A DNA stretch of 56,697 nucleotides, the filler included, from Sphacelaria rigidula (lineage: Eukaryota): the NCBI GenBank assembly GCA_964200075.2. It is 3 parts of 3 records of this genome, joined end to end, with 100 filler letters (N's around TTAATTAATTAA, not from the genome) between each part and the next. Parts side by side here need not be neighbours in the genome. Positions count along the whole stretch, not along the records: positions 18,938 to 37,768 come from CAXNAA020000779.1; 2 more parts are not named here. One strand, 5' to 3'. This document shows positions 21,299 to 34,700 of the stretch, in pieces. Positions within the stretch are counted from its first letter, which is position 1. Every line of letters begins with the position of its first letter. Under the pieces are notes generated by a model that saw only the letters and a list, made by a program, of their open reading frames with translations, did not search any database and was not told where the DNA came from. Made by a program: the position numbers and the translations under genes.

Positions 21299-24200
21299 TC
21301 TTCTTGTTCCAACAAGATGAGTGGCAGGGGGAAGCGTTCCGTTGATTGCGAAATATTCAGCACTTTCAGTGGAGGAGTACGCTTTAGTTTGAACCAAGGG
21401 GAGAAAACGTTTGTGTTCGCACACAAGGACTAACTGGAACATGACTCATCCCGTAGTTCAAGGGTTACAATTCAAAGGCACGGCAGGAAAAAAGAGGGAG
21501 GGGAGGAGAGGGGAGGAGAGGGACAGGGACAGGGACAGCGGAGGGAAGGGAGTCGTTCGACTCTCCCTGGGGACAATTAATTGGGGCAACCACTTGGAAC
21601 TCTTGAGGAAACTCACACTAATGGCGGGGCCGCATCCTTTTCCATTTTGGTATTTTTGCTGGCGCTCCTCTTCTCGATAGCTGCCCTGCTGCTGCCGCCG
21701 ACGTTGCCGACGCCGGACCTGGCGCGTTTACCGCCACCGGCTCGCCCCCCTTGCTTTTGAGGCGACGCAAGTCGCTTTTTCTTCTGTCAAGGCCGATGTG
21801 CAATGGATATACCAAAAAGATGAGTAAGTAGATAAAAGACAAAACAGACACAAAAAATTAAAATTGTAAGTCAGCTTCTAATAATCATGAGCCGAGGGGA
21901 AAAAAATAATCTCGGAAAAAAGATTTTTTTGGAACCTTGACCGCGCGGACGTTTTTTTGCTAGAGGGAAAAGTATTGTGGGCATATCTCGCCACCTTGGA
22001 ATGACCTACTCTTTCTCTCTGGTTTTCGGGTTTCTCAGTAAGCGTAGCTCATTGACCTTGGAACGGAACGGGGGGAATCTGGCGATCACACCGAAAAAAG
22101 CTCCATGCGCGGAATTGAATGAGGGAAATTGGAGTTTTTTTCAGGTTCGTCCGCCTATCCAAAAAGTCGCTAGTCTGGCCAATAATGAGAAATTCAACTT
22201 TTCCCACTGGGATACGCGAAGATACCCCGGAAACCTTCAAAAAGAGGGGAGCAAGTCATTTCGACATGTCCGAATCCGCCTCGTGTTCTTTTCTCTGGCG
22301 AAAAATAACGCCGAAGTAACAAGAGAAAAAAACAACTCGTCCGAAATTGTTTTTCGGATCATTACAAGCGGACAGAGACCACTCTCGATTTTTTTGAGCA
22401 TCCGGGGAAAAAAAACGGGGAACGTATGTTAGGGACACCGATTTGGACCAAATCGGGGGAGGAGAGAAGATCGGGGTGTCACAATCTTAAAACGATTTCT
22501 CCCGATACAAAAAAAAGTCGGAGAATATCGTTCCGATCGTGACACCCCGATTGTTTTGAGGTGACGTACGTGCATTGACGATCAAGGGTGGGGTACGAGG
22601 CGTTTGATATTTTTGCAACGGCAGCAGAAGACAGTCTAGTGACATAGGGCGTGCCTGCCCGCGCTAGCTGCTGAGGCAGCTTCACACAGGGTTTGACAAG
22701 CGGATGAGAAGTGTTGACGCCGTACCCTACGGCGATGGTAATGATGTATGCTGCACTGCGCTGCCCATATGTATCGCAATAGCGAACGGTACTGTATTCT
22801 CCTACTCTGTTGCCGCCGTATTTGCAGGGTGATATGACAATGCACTACTGACTTGTTCTCGCAATGCCGACTGTGCCATCATAAACCACCACACGGTACC
22901 AATATATAATGATGGAGTGTCCTGCACTGTATTACCCTAGGGTATCAAGGTACAACACTGTACTCAAAGGATTATTCACCGCCCGCCTGCTCTTCAGCTG
23001 CATGCACGAGCGCGCAATATTGCACTAATGCAGAAAATGACTGTTCATGACTGCTCAAATCGGGGTCTCAGAAAAATCGAGATTCGTTGCCATAAAAGTT
23101 GGTCTGACTACGTTGAGGGGAAAAAAATCAAGACAACAAGTTTTCATGCAGAGTACGGTGGAAAGGTGGGTTATGCCTGTGCAAAGGATTTTTATTTTCA
23201 ATGTGGCAACCATGGAAAATTTGGAGGCAAACTGGGGTATACTCACCCTGTCTCCTTCCCTTCTTTCTTGTTTACCTGTGCAACAAGTGGCACCTTCAGG
23301 GTTGCTACAAATTTAAATGTACAGACAGACTTCGTCTAACCAATCGTCTGGGGATGAAAAAAGGGAGAATCTCGCTGGATGATGACCAAGTCGCATGCTT
23401 CACAAGATCAAAAGTGAAATATCGCGGTTGACAAGGTCTCGTCTCAGCTAAACGGTTGAAGAGCGACGGCGTCAATAGCCAATCAGGGTTGTGCAGTGAG
23501 CAGGGAGTCATTACATCGACACCCGCGAAATCAGCGCTGATCTCGCACACACCATCGGCAGTTTAGCGGTAAACATCCGACACTTTGAGGTTGCATGGAT
23601 GATGAATGTGCTGTGCCGAAGTCGATCGTATTTCATCTGCCAAGGCACCAGCAAGGTGTTGTACTTTGAAGTTGATGAAAGCAGTATTGCAATGGTATTA
23701 CGGAGAGAGAGAGAGAGATCAATTTCCCAGCACTGGAACAGCTTCGAACTGATGCGCTTTACCCACAGTTGTGTCGCGGGATTCACTCGAAAACTCTCCT
23801 GTGACGATAAGCTTTCCTCTCTCTACTGTTGTACTTACTCCACGATTGTGCTGTGCATCCTACAACGGAGTTGGAAGATGAACAATCATCGCTCGTAAAT
23901 TCAAATGCCAACTTCGTGTGTCATCATCAACACACGAGACTTGTATGATGGCACCGCGCGATTTGGTGATGATCCATTGCTGCACAACAGTAGTACTACA
24001 ACGAGGCGCACAGAGAGGCCTTGGTGGCTACTACACCAAGGAGACTTCAGTTTGGTACCTCGCTTCGAACGACACAGAGCAGCGCAGTTATACTGGTGCG
24101 CTCACACGCTACCGCGTGGAAAACAGAGCTTCAATCAGAGACGGTTTGTGCAACCAACAGACACATCTGATGTGCAGACACGCAAAACCGATTTTCTCTT

Positions 24201-25609
24201 CAACTGAACAAGGACCTGTGTTCTTTTCTGCTTGGAGAAACTCCACCGACATTTTGCGCTGTCTTCCGCACGCACAGCAGCAGCGACAGCAGTAGCATGT
24301 ATGAACTAATCAAACATGTACATACAACATCCAGAGTCATACGTAATCCAGTCGAATGCGCAAGCATCTGGCAGCAGCAAAGTAACTTGGGATTTCGATT
24401 GGCAATCTATCGACACAGACCTCAACCAGCCTAGACAAAAACAGCCCGTATCACAGCGCACCGGACCCCCCCCCGAGAGCCTCGACAACACTTCACGGCA
24501 GCAGCAACAGCAGCATCTCCAACTCGCACAGAGCGCACACTAGCCACATTCAACATATAATCCATCCTCTGGACCTTCAACTTCCATCGTCCCTCCCTCT
24601 CCCCCTGCTTTCCCATTCCCCGCCCGGGCATCCGGCCACGCGATCGCTCACCTTCCCTTCAATGGTGCCTCCAGAAATGGCACACCAGGGAATCACTTCC
24701 CCAGGCGCAACTCCGCGTGTCCGTGTGTCGAGTGTTTATGTTTCCGGAAAACAGATGATCGCGGCTTTAGATGACGGAGCCTGTAGGAGACGAGGATGAG
24801 GAGCCAAGTGGCAATTTAGCTTGTAGAGTTGTCTGTCCTGCCTTCGTCGAAGGGTCGTGTTGTGTGTGTGCTTGTGTTGATTCCCCGTGTGTGCTTCGTA
24901 GACGCGGGAATGAGATGTAGAGGTGCCGGTTTTTGTACAGTAAACAAATATGCCGTCTGTGTCGTGGGAGATTTGCGGAGGGTTCTACGATACTTATGGG
25001 TGAAACGGCTGCCGTCGAGCAACAGTCGTTTCTTCTACGAAAAAAAATAGAAAGCGCAATACTCGTCGTCCCTTGTTGTGTCGGCCGCTCGCGCTTGTCG
25101 TGTGATGAATACATATGTCATAATCCACTGGCATTTAGCTATTTTCACACCGCTGACCGACCGCTATGCGCCAGGTATGATACAGCTGCGTTTCACAAGA
25201 GTACTACTGTACTGTACCGTGCTGTTACTGTCCGCTGTAGATGTGATCCTCAAGTTTGCGTGAAATTTCATTTCTCGTCATCGCCTGAGTGATAGACACG
25301 TCGAAGATCGAGATCTTGTACGAAGAGCTGACGGTTTGTTCAGAAGCTCGAGAAGATTTCGTGTCGCGAGGCACTCTGATGTAATACCCGCTCTTCGTCT
25401 CTGCGCATTTGATTTTTAAATTGCCGCTGTAGGATGTACAGGGACTCAGCAGCGTGGCAACGGGGTGAGTTCTGTACTGTACTGTGAACTCTGGACCGCA
25501 CCGGTTTTGCTGTACGGTAAAGTAACGGTGAGGGTAGACACACGTGCCACCACTGCGGGGGAGAAATAAGCGTCGGTGGTGTGGCGGGCGTGCTCAAGAC
25601 GGCTGAACA

Positions 25610-25762
25610 ATGCCCAAGGGAGATGGCGAAGGCAACAGCAATCACATCCGGACGTTCTTGCGCATCCGCCCGTCGACGAGACCCTCTGGCTTCATCAAAA
25701 TCGATGAGTTCGATAAGGCCAGGTTGGATTTTCACGTGCCCCTCGAGCACCGTGATAGCGAG
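25610..25762 (+). CDS. KIF6: KIF6-like exon 1 ([21 protein letters not shown]...RDSE)
   Basis: Kinesin beta-1 IRTFLRIRP; donor GAG|gtaggt. Confidence 0.88.
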
Positions 25763-28700
25763 GTAGGTCTTGAGCAGTTACGACGGAGGAGAAAGGGGTG
25801 GTACCTTGGTTCGACCTGAGCCTACGCCTACATTTCTCTGTAGAGCGATGCACCTGCAATACGAGCTCATAAGTGTTAGCTTAAGGATTCTGACTGGGGG
25901 CAGTAATTCGTTTTAAATGCGTAACACTGCATTGGCGCATCACATCTAGCAGGCACCAAGGAAAGTTAGCTCAGACGCACGAACAATGCGACCAACACAC
26001 GATGCTCGTCTTGTTGGCGGCGGCGAGCTGCTCCACCATACGACGGTACTCTGAGCATCGCCCCTCCCGAATTGCGATGATCCGTGCAGCCTGTCAACTG
26101 CGACCGTGAATGTTCAAAAAGTATACCTATGATCGCCCTATCTACAAGAACAACTGCACCGCCGTCACTTCAATAATGGTCACCTCGAACTCGAGCTCCG
26201 GCTACTGAGTAGTTCGCGCTGCACGACGCCGTTTTTTCACCCTGGCAATCCGCACTTACTCCAAGCTTCTCGTGAGATTCATCGTGCTCGTTGAGAGGCC
26301 GAATGTCTACCGTTTGTTGTGTGGTCGCCGCTGCTCAAGGCTGGTGATCGTGCGGACAACATGACTACCCACGCCTGCACTCTAGGACACACTAGGTAAC
26401 TGCGATCTAGGACACACACTAGGCAACGCTATATGTCGGTTCCGCTCGAGCCATTGAAACCTGGGGTTTCAACAGTGCGGTGTATGTAGAGCAATTGCAA
26501 GAGATATACGGTGTACAATTTAGATGGTGGTGCAACGATTCCAAGAAGTTCATGCGGACACTGACATCGCCACCTTTCACTTGTTCTTCTTGTTGGCGAT
26601 GGTGTCGTTGTCTCGCATTTGCAGTACGTTAACAACACTCGCACAACGCACAAGTTCAAGTTCGATGGCGTCCTGGGGGAAAAGTCAACCCAGGTGAGAG
26701 TGAGAGCACGGATACATGCGACAAGCGTCGAGTAGCTACCACCACGGTTTTGCTGTTGTATAGTCCTCCCTGCAACGGAGTGTTTGCGCCGCAAAAACCA
26801 CTGTACGCAGCATTTGATTATTGAAGAGATGAGCAATGCTACGGTAGGGGTTGCACTTGTTGGTTCTGGGGTTCTCCTTCTTGTAGGAGCACAAACATAT
26901 TGGGCTCACTATGCAACCCTAACCCTTTGGCAATCGAACTCCCAGAAACATGATGTTTACACCCAGGGACCTTTTCGTGAATCGGCATCATTTTCAAGTA
27001 GTAAATGATGCCGATTCATGAAATGGCCCCTCCAACACCCCGAGCAGCCCCGAGGACCCTCTTAGGTAAAAAAGTGCAACCCCTACCGGAGCATCACTCG
27101 GATCCAACACGTTTCACCTTGAGTTGAAGTGTGTGACAAAAACGCTCGTGTTTTCGTAATTCCCGTTTGAACGTGGTGGAATACAGGAGGATGTATTCGC
27201 CAAAATCGGCAAGGGAGCGGTCGCCAATGTACTTGACGGTTACAACTCCACTGTTTTCGCGTACGGGCAAACGGGCTCCGGAAAGACGTTTACTATCACG
27301 GGCGGGGCCGAGAGGTTCGTTCGCTGATTGGGGACACTTCGCAAGTACCCTGATGTACCGTGGGTTGGAAGGTGCCCCGACGACTTGAGTAATCTCTCAA
27401 GCACACTGCGATACTAACTCTCGACACTTCTTGAAAAGAATCTTGAACCTGTGTGTCTTTCGTAGCCGTCGAGGTGTGTGTGTGTGTGTGTGTGCGTGTT
27501 GTCGCCCATCTATTCTGGGCCGCCGGTCTACACCTTTTGGTATGTGTGGGCGCACCAGCCGGGGTCACACAGGAAGAAGGTTAACACAGGAGTTGTTTTT
27601 GTTTTTGTTTTTCGTACCCCACCTTCCTTCTGCGGTGCTTACCTTTATTTTTTATCGCGAAAGTGGTTCAGCAGTCCCTTTCCCTCGTCGATCGTTAGGT
27701 CGAATTTTGTGTACCCACGACATAGTCGCTCTCCGCTGTTGGACATGGTGTGAGGAAAAATCCCAGATCGCTCCGAGAATCGAACCCACGACCAAACCAT
27801 CAGAAGGTTTTGAGGTTACCAACTGAGCCACCGGGGCGACCGGTGTCAAAACCGTAAATGATACGTCTCACGGTAGCGTTTCGGCCTTCTGAACGTGTTC
27901 CCCACCGTTGAAAGCAAACACGGATGATCATGTCAGCAAGGCAGTGTTACCTTATACCGACGTGAACGCGTGTCGACGAGAGCATCGGCCTCACAGATGC
28001 AGGCATCTGGAGCTCGTTCAGCCTCTGCACTACAACAAAAAACATCTCTTTCTCACGACTGGCCGGCTACTCGAAAAACCTGCTCTCGCCAGCCCCTGCC
28101 CTAGCTAATGACAGTCTTGCCCTCACGGACAAACACAACACACACCACCTGTATGTTGTTGCTCGGCTGGCTTCATTTTATAACAGGTGTTATAGGTCAT
28201 TGTGATATGCGCTTCAACATAAACATGCTCGCCCCGTCGTTGGCCCTTCCGTCGTTACGCTTCCAGCTACATATCTCCCGCTCGATCGACAGTGCTATTT
28301 GAAACTAAAAATTCTCGTTTTGCCAGGTACGTAGATCGAGGCATCATCCCTCGGGCACTCAGCCTGATGTTTGCGGAGTTCAAAGCGCGGAACAATCAGC
28401 AGTTCACGTGCCACGTTTCTTATCTAGAAATATACAACGAGCAGGTAAGAATGGTAACAAAAGTCCGAGACATTTGAAACCATGATCATGACGCTGAAAT
28501 CGTACTGAGCTTCACCGACAGCTGTCGTTTTTGCTCACGAGTGTCTAGAGCAACACCCCATAGGATCACCACGCTCCACGCTCCATGGGCGCTGGCGTAA
28601 CACACTCGTTGAGTGTAATCCCGAGAGCATTTTTCCAGCATCGTGAAGAGCTGTTGCACCAGAAACGTGGGACACTCACTGCGCAGACTGCAATGACCTC

Positions 28701-31700
28701 TGTCAATACCACCTTACCTTCGACATGTTACGACACGGCAGGGCAGAACCGCGAAGTGTTCATCAACAATTTGACGTCCACGTACCTTGCAAAGCACACG
28801 TACTCCACCGCCCATCGTCCGTTCGACCAGGGGTTCGACTTGCTGGACCCCACTCATGACTCTAAAAGACTGGAGGATTTACCAAAGGTGTCCCTCATGG
28901 AAGATGAAGGGGGGAATATACACCTCAGGAACTTGTCGCTATACTTGGCGGCAAACGAGGAAGAGGCGTTGAACTATCTGTTCTTGGGCGACACAAACCG
29001 AGCCATCTCGGAGACAGCCATGAACAAGGCGTCATCTCGTTCACACTGTATTTTTACGGTAAGAGCGACGGGACATATGTCGGAAGAGATGAAACATTTT
29101 TGTGTGGATGTGTCAAAATATCGCATAAATCTCTTGGTGTCTCTTCTGTCTTGGCAATACGTCTCGGTAAGAAGTTCTAGTGACGGCCCAGAGTAGGTTC
29201 TAAGCACGAACCAGAAATATGAGAACGAAGCTTCAAAGGCACGCCAAAATCCGTTGGAATAGCCTGCGTTCAGAGCGCACGTGGTGTATGAATCGACGAA
29301 TTCCCTACCCATTTCTCAATATATTTCGATCGGGTTTGACTCGTGTCACACCTCCACAATCAAAGATTTGCGATGTACTTAGTGCCGAGCCAGTTCGCCG
29401 TGTTCGCTCCAATACGTACCGCGATAGCTTACACACTACGTCATTATCTCGAGAAGAAATCAGTCGGTAGTTCGTAACATTGCCACTGCGGCAGGTCACA
29501 CCTACCGCCGCGTGACTTCCCTTGCAAACGCACTTGCGCTTCTTCCTCTCGGAAGATAGATTTCGGTTGAGGGACGCAAGCCTGGATCCGAGAAAGTCAT
29601 GCGTTCCAAGCTACATCTGGTGAGAGTTGACAGGTTTCGATTACACCACACATCCTCGGGGGAGCGGTGGAAGAACTGGATTGGTTGATCGTCGCTAAGA
29701 ATGTTCCATCTGAAACTGGAGCCGATTGCGACGGAAGAGGTTTTTGATGTTCTTACAGCTCGGGGAAACGGTTTGACAATCATCGCGACAAATGCTGTGA
29801 TATTTCACCAGTGAGTCGACTGTCACCATGACTGTCAAGTGTGGAGCATCCACAGGGCAATAGTTTACGAAACAGATAACGATCAAGGTGTTTGTCGTGG
29901 GGCAATGATCCTCGTGGATGTTTTCTAGGGGACCACAATGATGGAACCCCGGCATGGAAAAAAACAGAGCGTACAAAAACCACCACCCACCAACGGAAGA
30001 AGATCCTGTTCCACTTTCACCGAGGCGATCAACCACTATGCAGGTTGACCTCGCCGGATCCGAAAGGGTGCACAAAACGCAGACCGGCGGGCAGACCCTA
30101 GTCGAAGCAAGGCACATCAATGTCTCCCTGTTTTTTCTGGAGATGGTCATCGTGGCTCTGCACGAGAGGGGAACTAAGGGCAGGCAACACATCCCTTATC
30201 GTAACTCGATGATGACTTCCGTGTTGCGGGACAGTCTCGGAGGGAACTGCAAGACCGTCATGATCGCCACGGTCAACGCCGAAGCGGTGAGACCCTCTCG
30301 TTGCGAAAATTTGCGGGTCCTTCTCATCGACCCGAGTTGGAGGGTCGTTGTCGTTTTTATTGAGTTTTGTAGTCCCACGAGGTGAAGTTCTGCTGCTCGT
30401 GAAACTGTTGGATCGGCTCGAGTTGGAATGGACCGTCGATCATAATCGGTAACGTGATTTCAGAGCAGATTTTGATTATCTTCTATTAAGCTTTTGGCGG
30501 TCCGAGTGACTCGCAACAAAGGGCGACTGCTCTCTGAGAAAAACTGTTGCAAAACCTTCGGCCGTGTGACACGGAATTATCGACGTTCTTCTCAAAATAA
30601 CTTGCATCGCTCGATGCAGCGTGGCGACACTTTTTCGGCAGTGTGGACCGAAGCGTTCGACACCCCGGGCTGCGGATGCTGTCTCAATCATTGCACCATT
30701 CGCGGTGTGGTGGCGCTGCTTCGGTTTTCCGATGGGCGTCATACTTTCTATAGCGTCTGTTCAAGTTTTTGCAAACCATTCTGCTGAAGCTACTCCTATC
30801 CAATGAATGCTCAAGCTATCCGGCTCAAACCAGGCAATTTTGTAGGCCCCGCCATCTCCCCCCCACCCTCCAAACCGACGGCCGAGCAGGGAGAGATGCA
30901 AAAATGCCAGAGGTCTACACGTTATACGTTAAACTTTGACGTGATACACTCGAAAACACGTAATTTCGGGTCATTTAACGCTGCGTAAGGTTTGATTCTT
31001 CGGGTCTGACAAATGTAACGTAACGTGAAGTAATGCGTGGTCCTTCGAATGAACCCCAACGTAGCCTTTTACTTTCCAAATGTGACGAAAACGCTGCATG
31101 TTTTTGTGAATCTGCAACGTGACACGTGACACGTTACAAATTCACAAAAATAACCGTTTTTTTTCATCTGAAAAATTCCAAAAGACGCTGCGTCAAGGAC
31201 CACACGTCACATCATATTAAGTTACGTTATTCCCGTCCAAAACAAATTAAACCTTACGTACCGTTTAATGACCCAATGTTACGTTTTTTTCTGTTTTTTT
31301 AAATGTGTCATGAGTGTAACATATACATCTCTGAAAAATACGACTACCTTCAATTATTCTCTGTTACCGGATGGACTCTGTATCCAGACGACTGCTGTAT
31401 TTGAAATTACCATGAATCGCTGAGTGTTTTTCCGTTCCGTTCAGCGTGAGACAGAATGAACAATGCCCCCCGCCCCGACATCATCCCAACGATTGCTCAA
31501 TATTTTCCCTTCTTGTCGCAAACTATGGATATTGCGATCTGCGCATCGCGGGGAGGGAGCAGGGGCAAACGGAAGAATCGATATCGACTTGTCGATTCGC
31601 GCAGCGGGTTTCGACGATCAAGAACGAAGCGAGGATTAATGAGGATGTTGATCCTAGTGTACTTATCCGCATGCTGAGGTCGAACAATGCGGCGCTGGAG

Positions 31701-34700
31701 GACGAGGTTGCCTTCCTGAAGGTATGGGGTAAGGTGTCCATGTTCACCGGCGCTGGCGTGAAGAGGGTCATTTTCGTTTTGGCTGTTTTTGTTTTTAGAT
31801 TTTTCTGTCTTTTCTCCACGGCTGAGTTCGGGGGATATCAGTACCTTTGCTGTGGTCAATTATTCAACCCATTTATTCATCATCAACTTCCCGGGGAGCT
31901 TCCTTCGGTGTTTGTGGTAATTTGCTGCATGCACCCTGTACGGGAGGGAGAGTACCGCCTTCGGATCCACTGCTTAGCTGTGCCTAGTGACACAATAAGT
32001 CTTTTATTGTTTCTATTTTCTTTTATCAACGGTCATACTGCTGCGCTGCCTCGACTGATCGAGGGCATGAGGACATGTCAGCCAAGCTTCCGTAAGAGTG
32101 CCGCCGCGCCCCGGTGGTGTAATGGTCCGACTATCACCATTAGGGTGGAGAGGACGGGGGTTCGATTCCCGATGCGTTGGATTTTTTCTTCGTCATGTAT
32201 GATTTCCACCGTGGAAAGCGTGGGAACGTGAGTAAACAAAAGTAGTCGACTGGGGTTGTGTGACGTGACTTGACGAGGTGCGGGAGTGCTGATCCAATTC
32301 GCGAAATCAAAATGAAAGGCACGTACCATGGGAGAGATGGAATCATCCCTTGAGACCACGGACTCATCCCGAGGAAGGGGAGGGGTTCAAAGTGTGAAGA
32401 AAAAAAAAGAGGGTTGCAGTCGTTATCTTTACGATGTTCATCGTTCCGCAAGGCTTTGTTCAGCACCCACAGCTAGCTGTACACACCCGACAGGTATCCA
32501 ATTATCGTCGCGTTTGCGAAATATGAAAAGGTCAGGGTGTATTTTAACCACGATCGTGAGCTATATCCGTGGATAGCATGAGGCTTCTTGTTCTTTGTAC
32601 TCACTGCGTCATGACTACATGCAACGTACCGTTGAACCAGATTCTCGCACTTCCCCTCTTACCTGCCGCTGCAAATTTGGTTCGTCTTCCTGGCGTCCTC
32701 CCGCACATACCCGAATATCCACAAAATCAACGGAACACGTCCACGCTTGTGTTCACATTGATTTTCGCAGATTAACCAACCTGCCCTTATTTTCGTCAGG
32801 GAGAGGTTGGTGAAGGCGAAGAACTAACCTCCGAGGAGATCGAAGACCTGAGAAATAGGTCAGTACCACGAGACGTTTCCCAGGGAAGTTTTTCAGAACA
32901 ATCTAGCAAGGTGCGCGCGTGCGTGCGTCGGGGGCGAGAAAACCGAGCTAAAAGGTTGGGCAAGTCGTGGAAACAATTAGCAGCTGTAGCTCGGGTTGTG
33001 TTTGCTGTCATATAGGCCTTGGGTTTGCGCTCTAATTCCTCGACAGCAGCACTCCTGCGAGCACGCAGCAGACAGCAGGGGCTCGGCGACAGTTCACGAT
33101 GCTCTGCTCCTCTCGTACGACAGGGTGAAGCCTCGTCCCTCCCCATGTCGCTGGTCGTTCCTGCCCGTGTGAACTGCTATTGCCTTCACTACGTACCGAT
33201 GTAGACGGCAGCCCAAATCATGAGCATGCTCGGTTCTTTCATGTATCGCAGCACGCAACGTTTCCATCGCCAACTGCGTCGGGCGAAGACACAAGCACGC
33301 ACAATGGAGAGGTGTATCACTCATCAGCTCACATCGACCTATCGATGTCACAATATCGTTTACAAAATATCAGACCTCTATTTTTTGTGCTTATTATGCA
33401 GGAATTTACGAGATAATGCTAGATGTTTTATGATAACGTGGCATATCACGACACCGAATACGGTATCAGACAGGTTTTCGAGCCTGGTACATATCCCTAA
33501 CGCACGACCTCATTCCGCCCCCCCCTCGCGAGAGTAGCAGGACTACGACGACAGTTTCTACGATAGTCCCCTCCCCCGAAAGCGCCTGGTTCGACGAGAC
33601 AAAATTTTCACGTAAATCGAAATGGAGGAAGCCGAGCACAACGAGCAGCTGGGAATTCCAATGCTTGGCTTCGTTCTCGCCAATGTCGCTTATATGAGGC
33701 GCTTCATGCAGCCTGAACCCAAACACCAGGCGCTGCATGGCTATTTTTTCGTGAAACTTTCGGGCTGGTTTTTTGGGGGGGCTGTCGTAGAAAATGTCCA
33801 ACATGCAAGATCATGACTACATCCCTCCCGTGAGAATAGCACAACTTTGGCGCGAAAATCTGCCAATGCCCCATGTGCCCCCCTTCCCCGACCCCCCCCG
33901 TCGCGAACCACTCATGGGAACACCTCAGATGTCGGACTTTTGTCGAAGATCCTGATCCCAAAGCGCAGCTAAGCATCGGATCCCTCACGTTGATCAAGCT
34001 TAAGCTGTGCTTTTCTGTATTCAAGAACATGGTCCTCGGTCGCCTGCGACCTGGAGCCCAGTCACGTGGCGAGGGCGGTGGGGCAGGAGCGGAAGCCGAA
34101 GAGGGTACGAACACCAAAGGTTCTGATGCCGAGGTGCGTGACAAGGTCGATACGTTCTGCATCAATAATTTGAAAATTGGTTGTTATACGCAAGAGAATA
34201 GCACGATTCCGGGGATCTGTCGGGCTATGAGGGGTGCTTGTGTCCAAGTAGAGAGCAGGCGGCACTCTCGGCTTGGTCTCCCCTAGGTCGACGACAGACA
34301 GCGAGTTTCTAGGTGGAGAAAACCAACGTTCCGGCGTGGGCTAGTGTATAGGCCCACTGATGTTTCAGGGGAAGAATTGAAAATGCAAAAAGGTTGAATA
34401 TTTTCGTTCGCGTCGTCCCCCTACTGGTCTGTTCCCTGTCCTCCTCCCCGATACATTGAACATCTTGCCAGCTGGTCGCTGTTCAAGATGCGCTGCGGCA
34501 ACGAGACAGTGAGATTGCTATACTAGTGAACATGCTCAAGCAGGTCAGTACCGTGTCATCACCAGGGGGGTGCAGTAGTACAGGCAGCCAGGCGGTGTGC
34601 CGCTGTCAGTTATCTCTGCCTCTCTTGATCGTGCCTGTACCCGTTTTGTCGCAAGTTGCATCATGTCCATATCGTCCGTTGATTGATTGTCGATTGATTG

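Noticed and set aside
24771..24920. Upstream KIF6 start (MTEPVGDEDEEPS...)
   Set aside because: No good donor site, and an in-frame TGA lies immediately upstream of the 25610 ATG.
27770..27843. tRNA gene (also 32103-32180)
   Set aside because: A and B boxes are present but there is no closing acceptor stem, and both continue into SINE bodies.
31446..32231. 261-aa ORF as a standalone gene (likewise 28585-29196, 29954-30385, 35462-36031)
   Set aside because: Only the splice-site-bounded central parts are kinesin exons; the rest is intron read-through.
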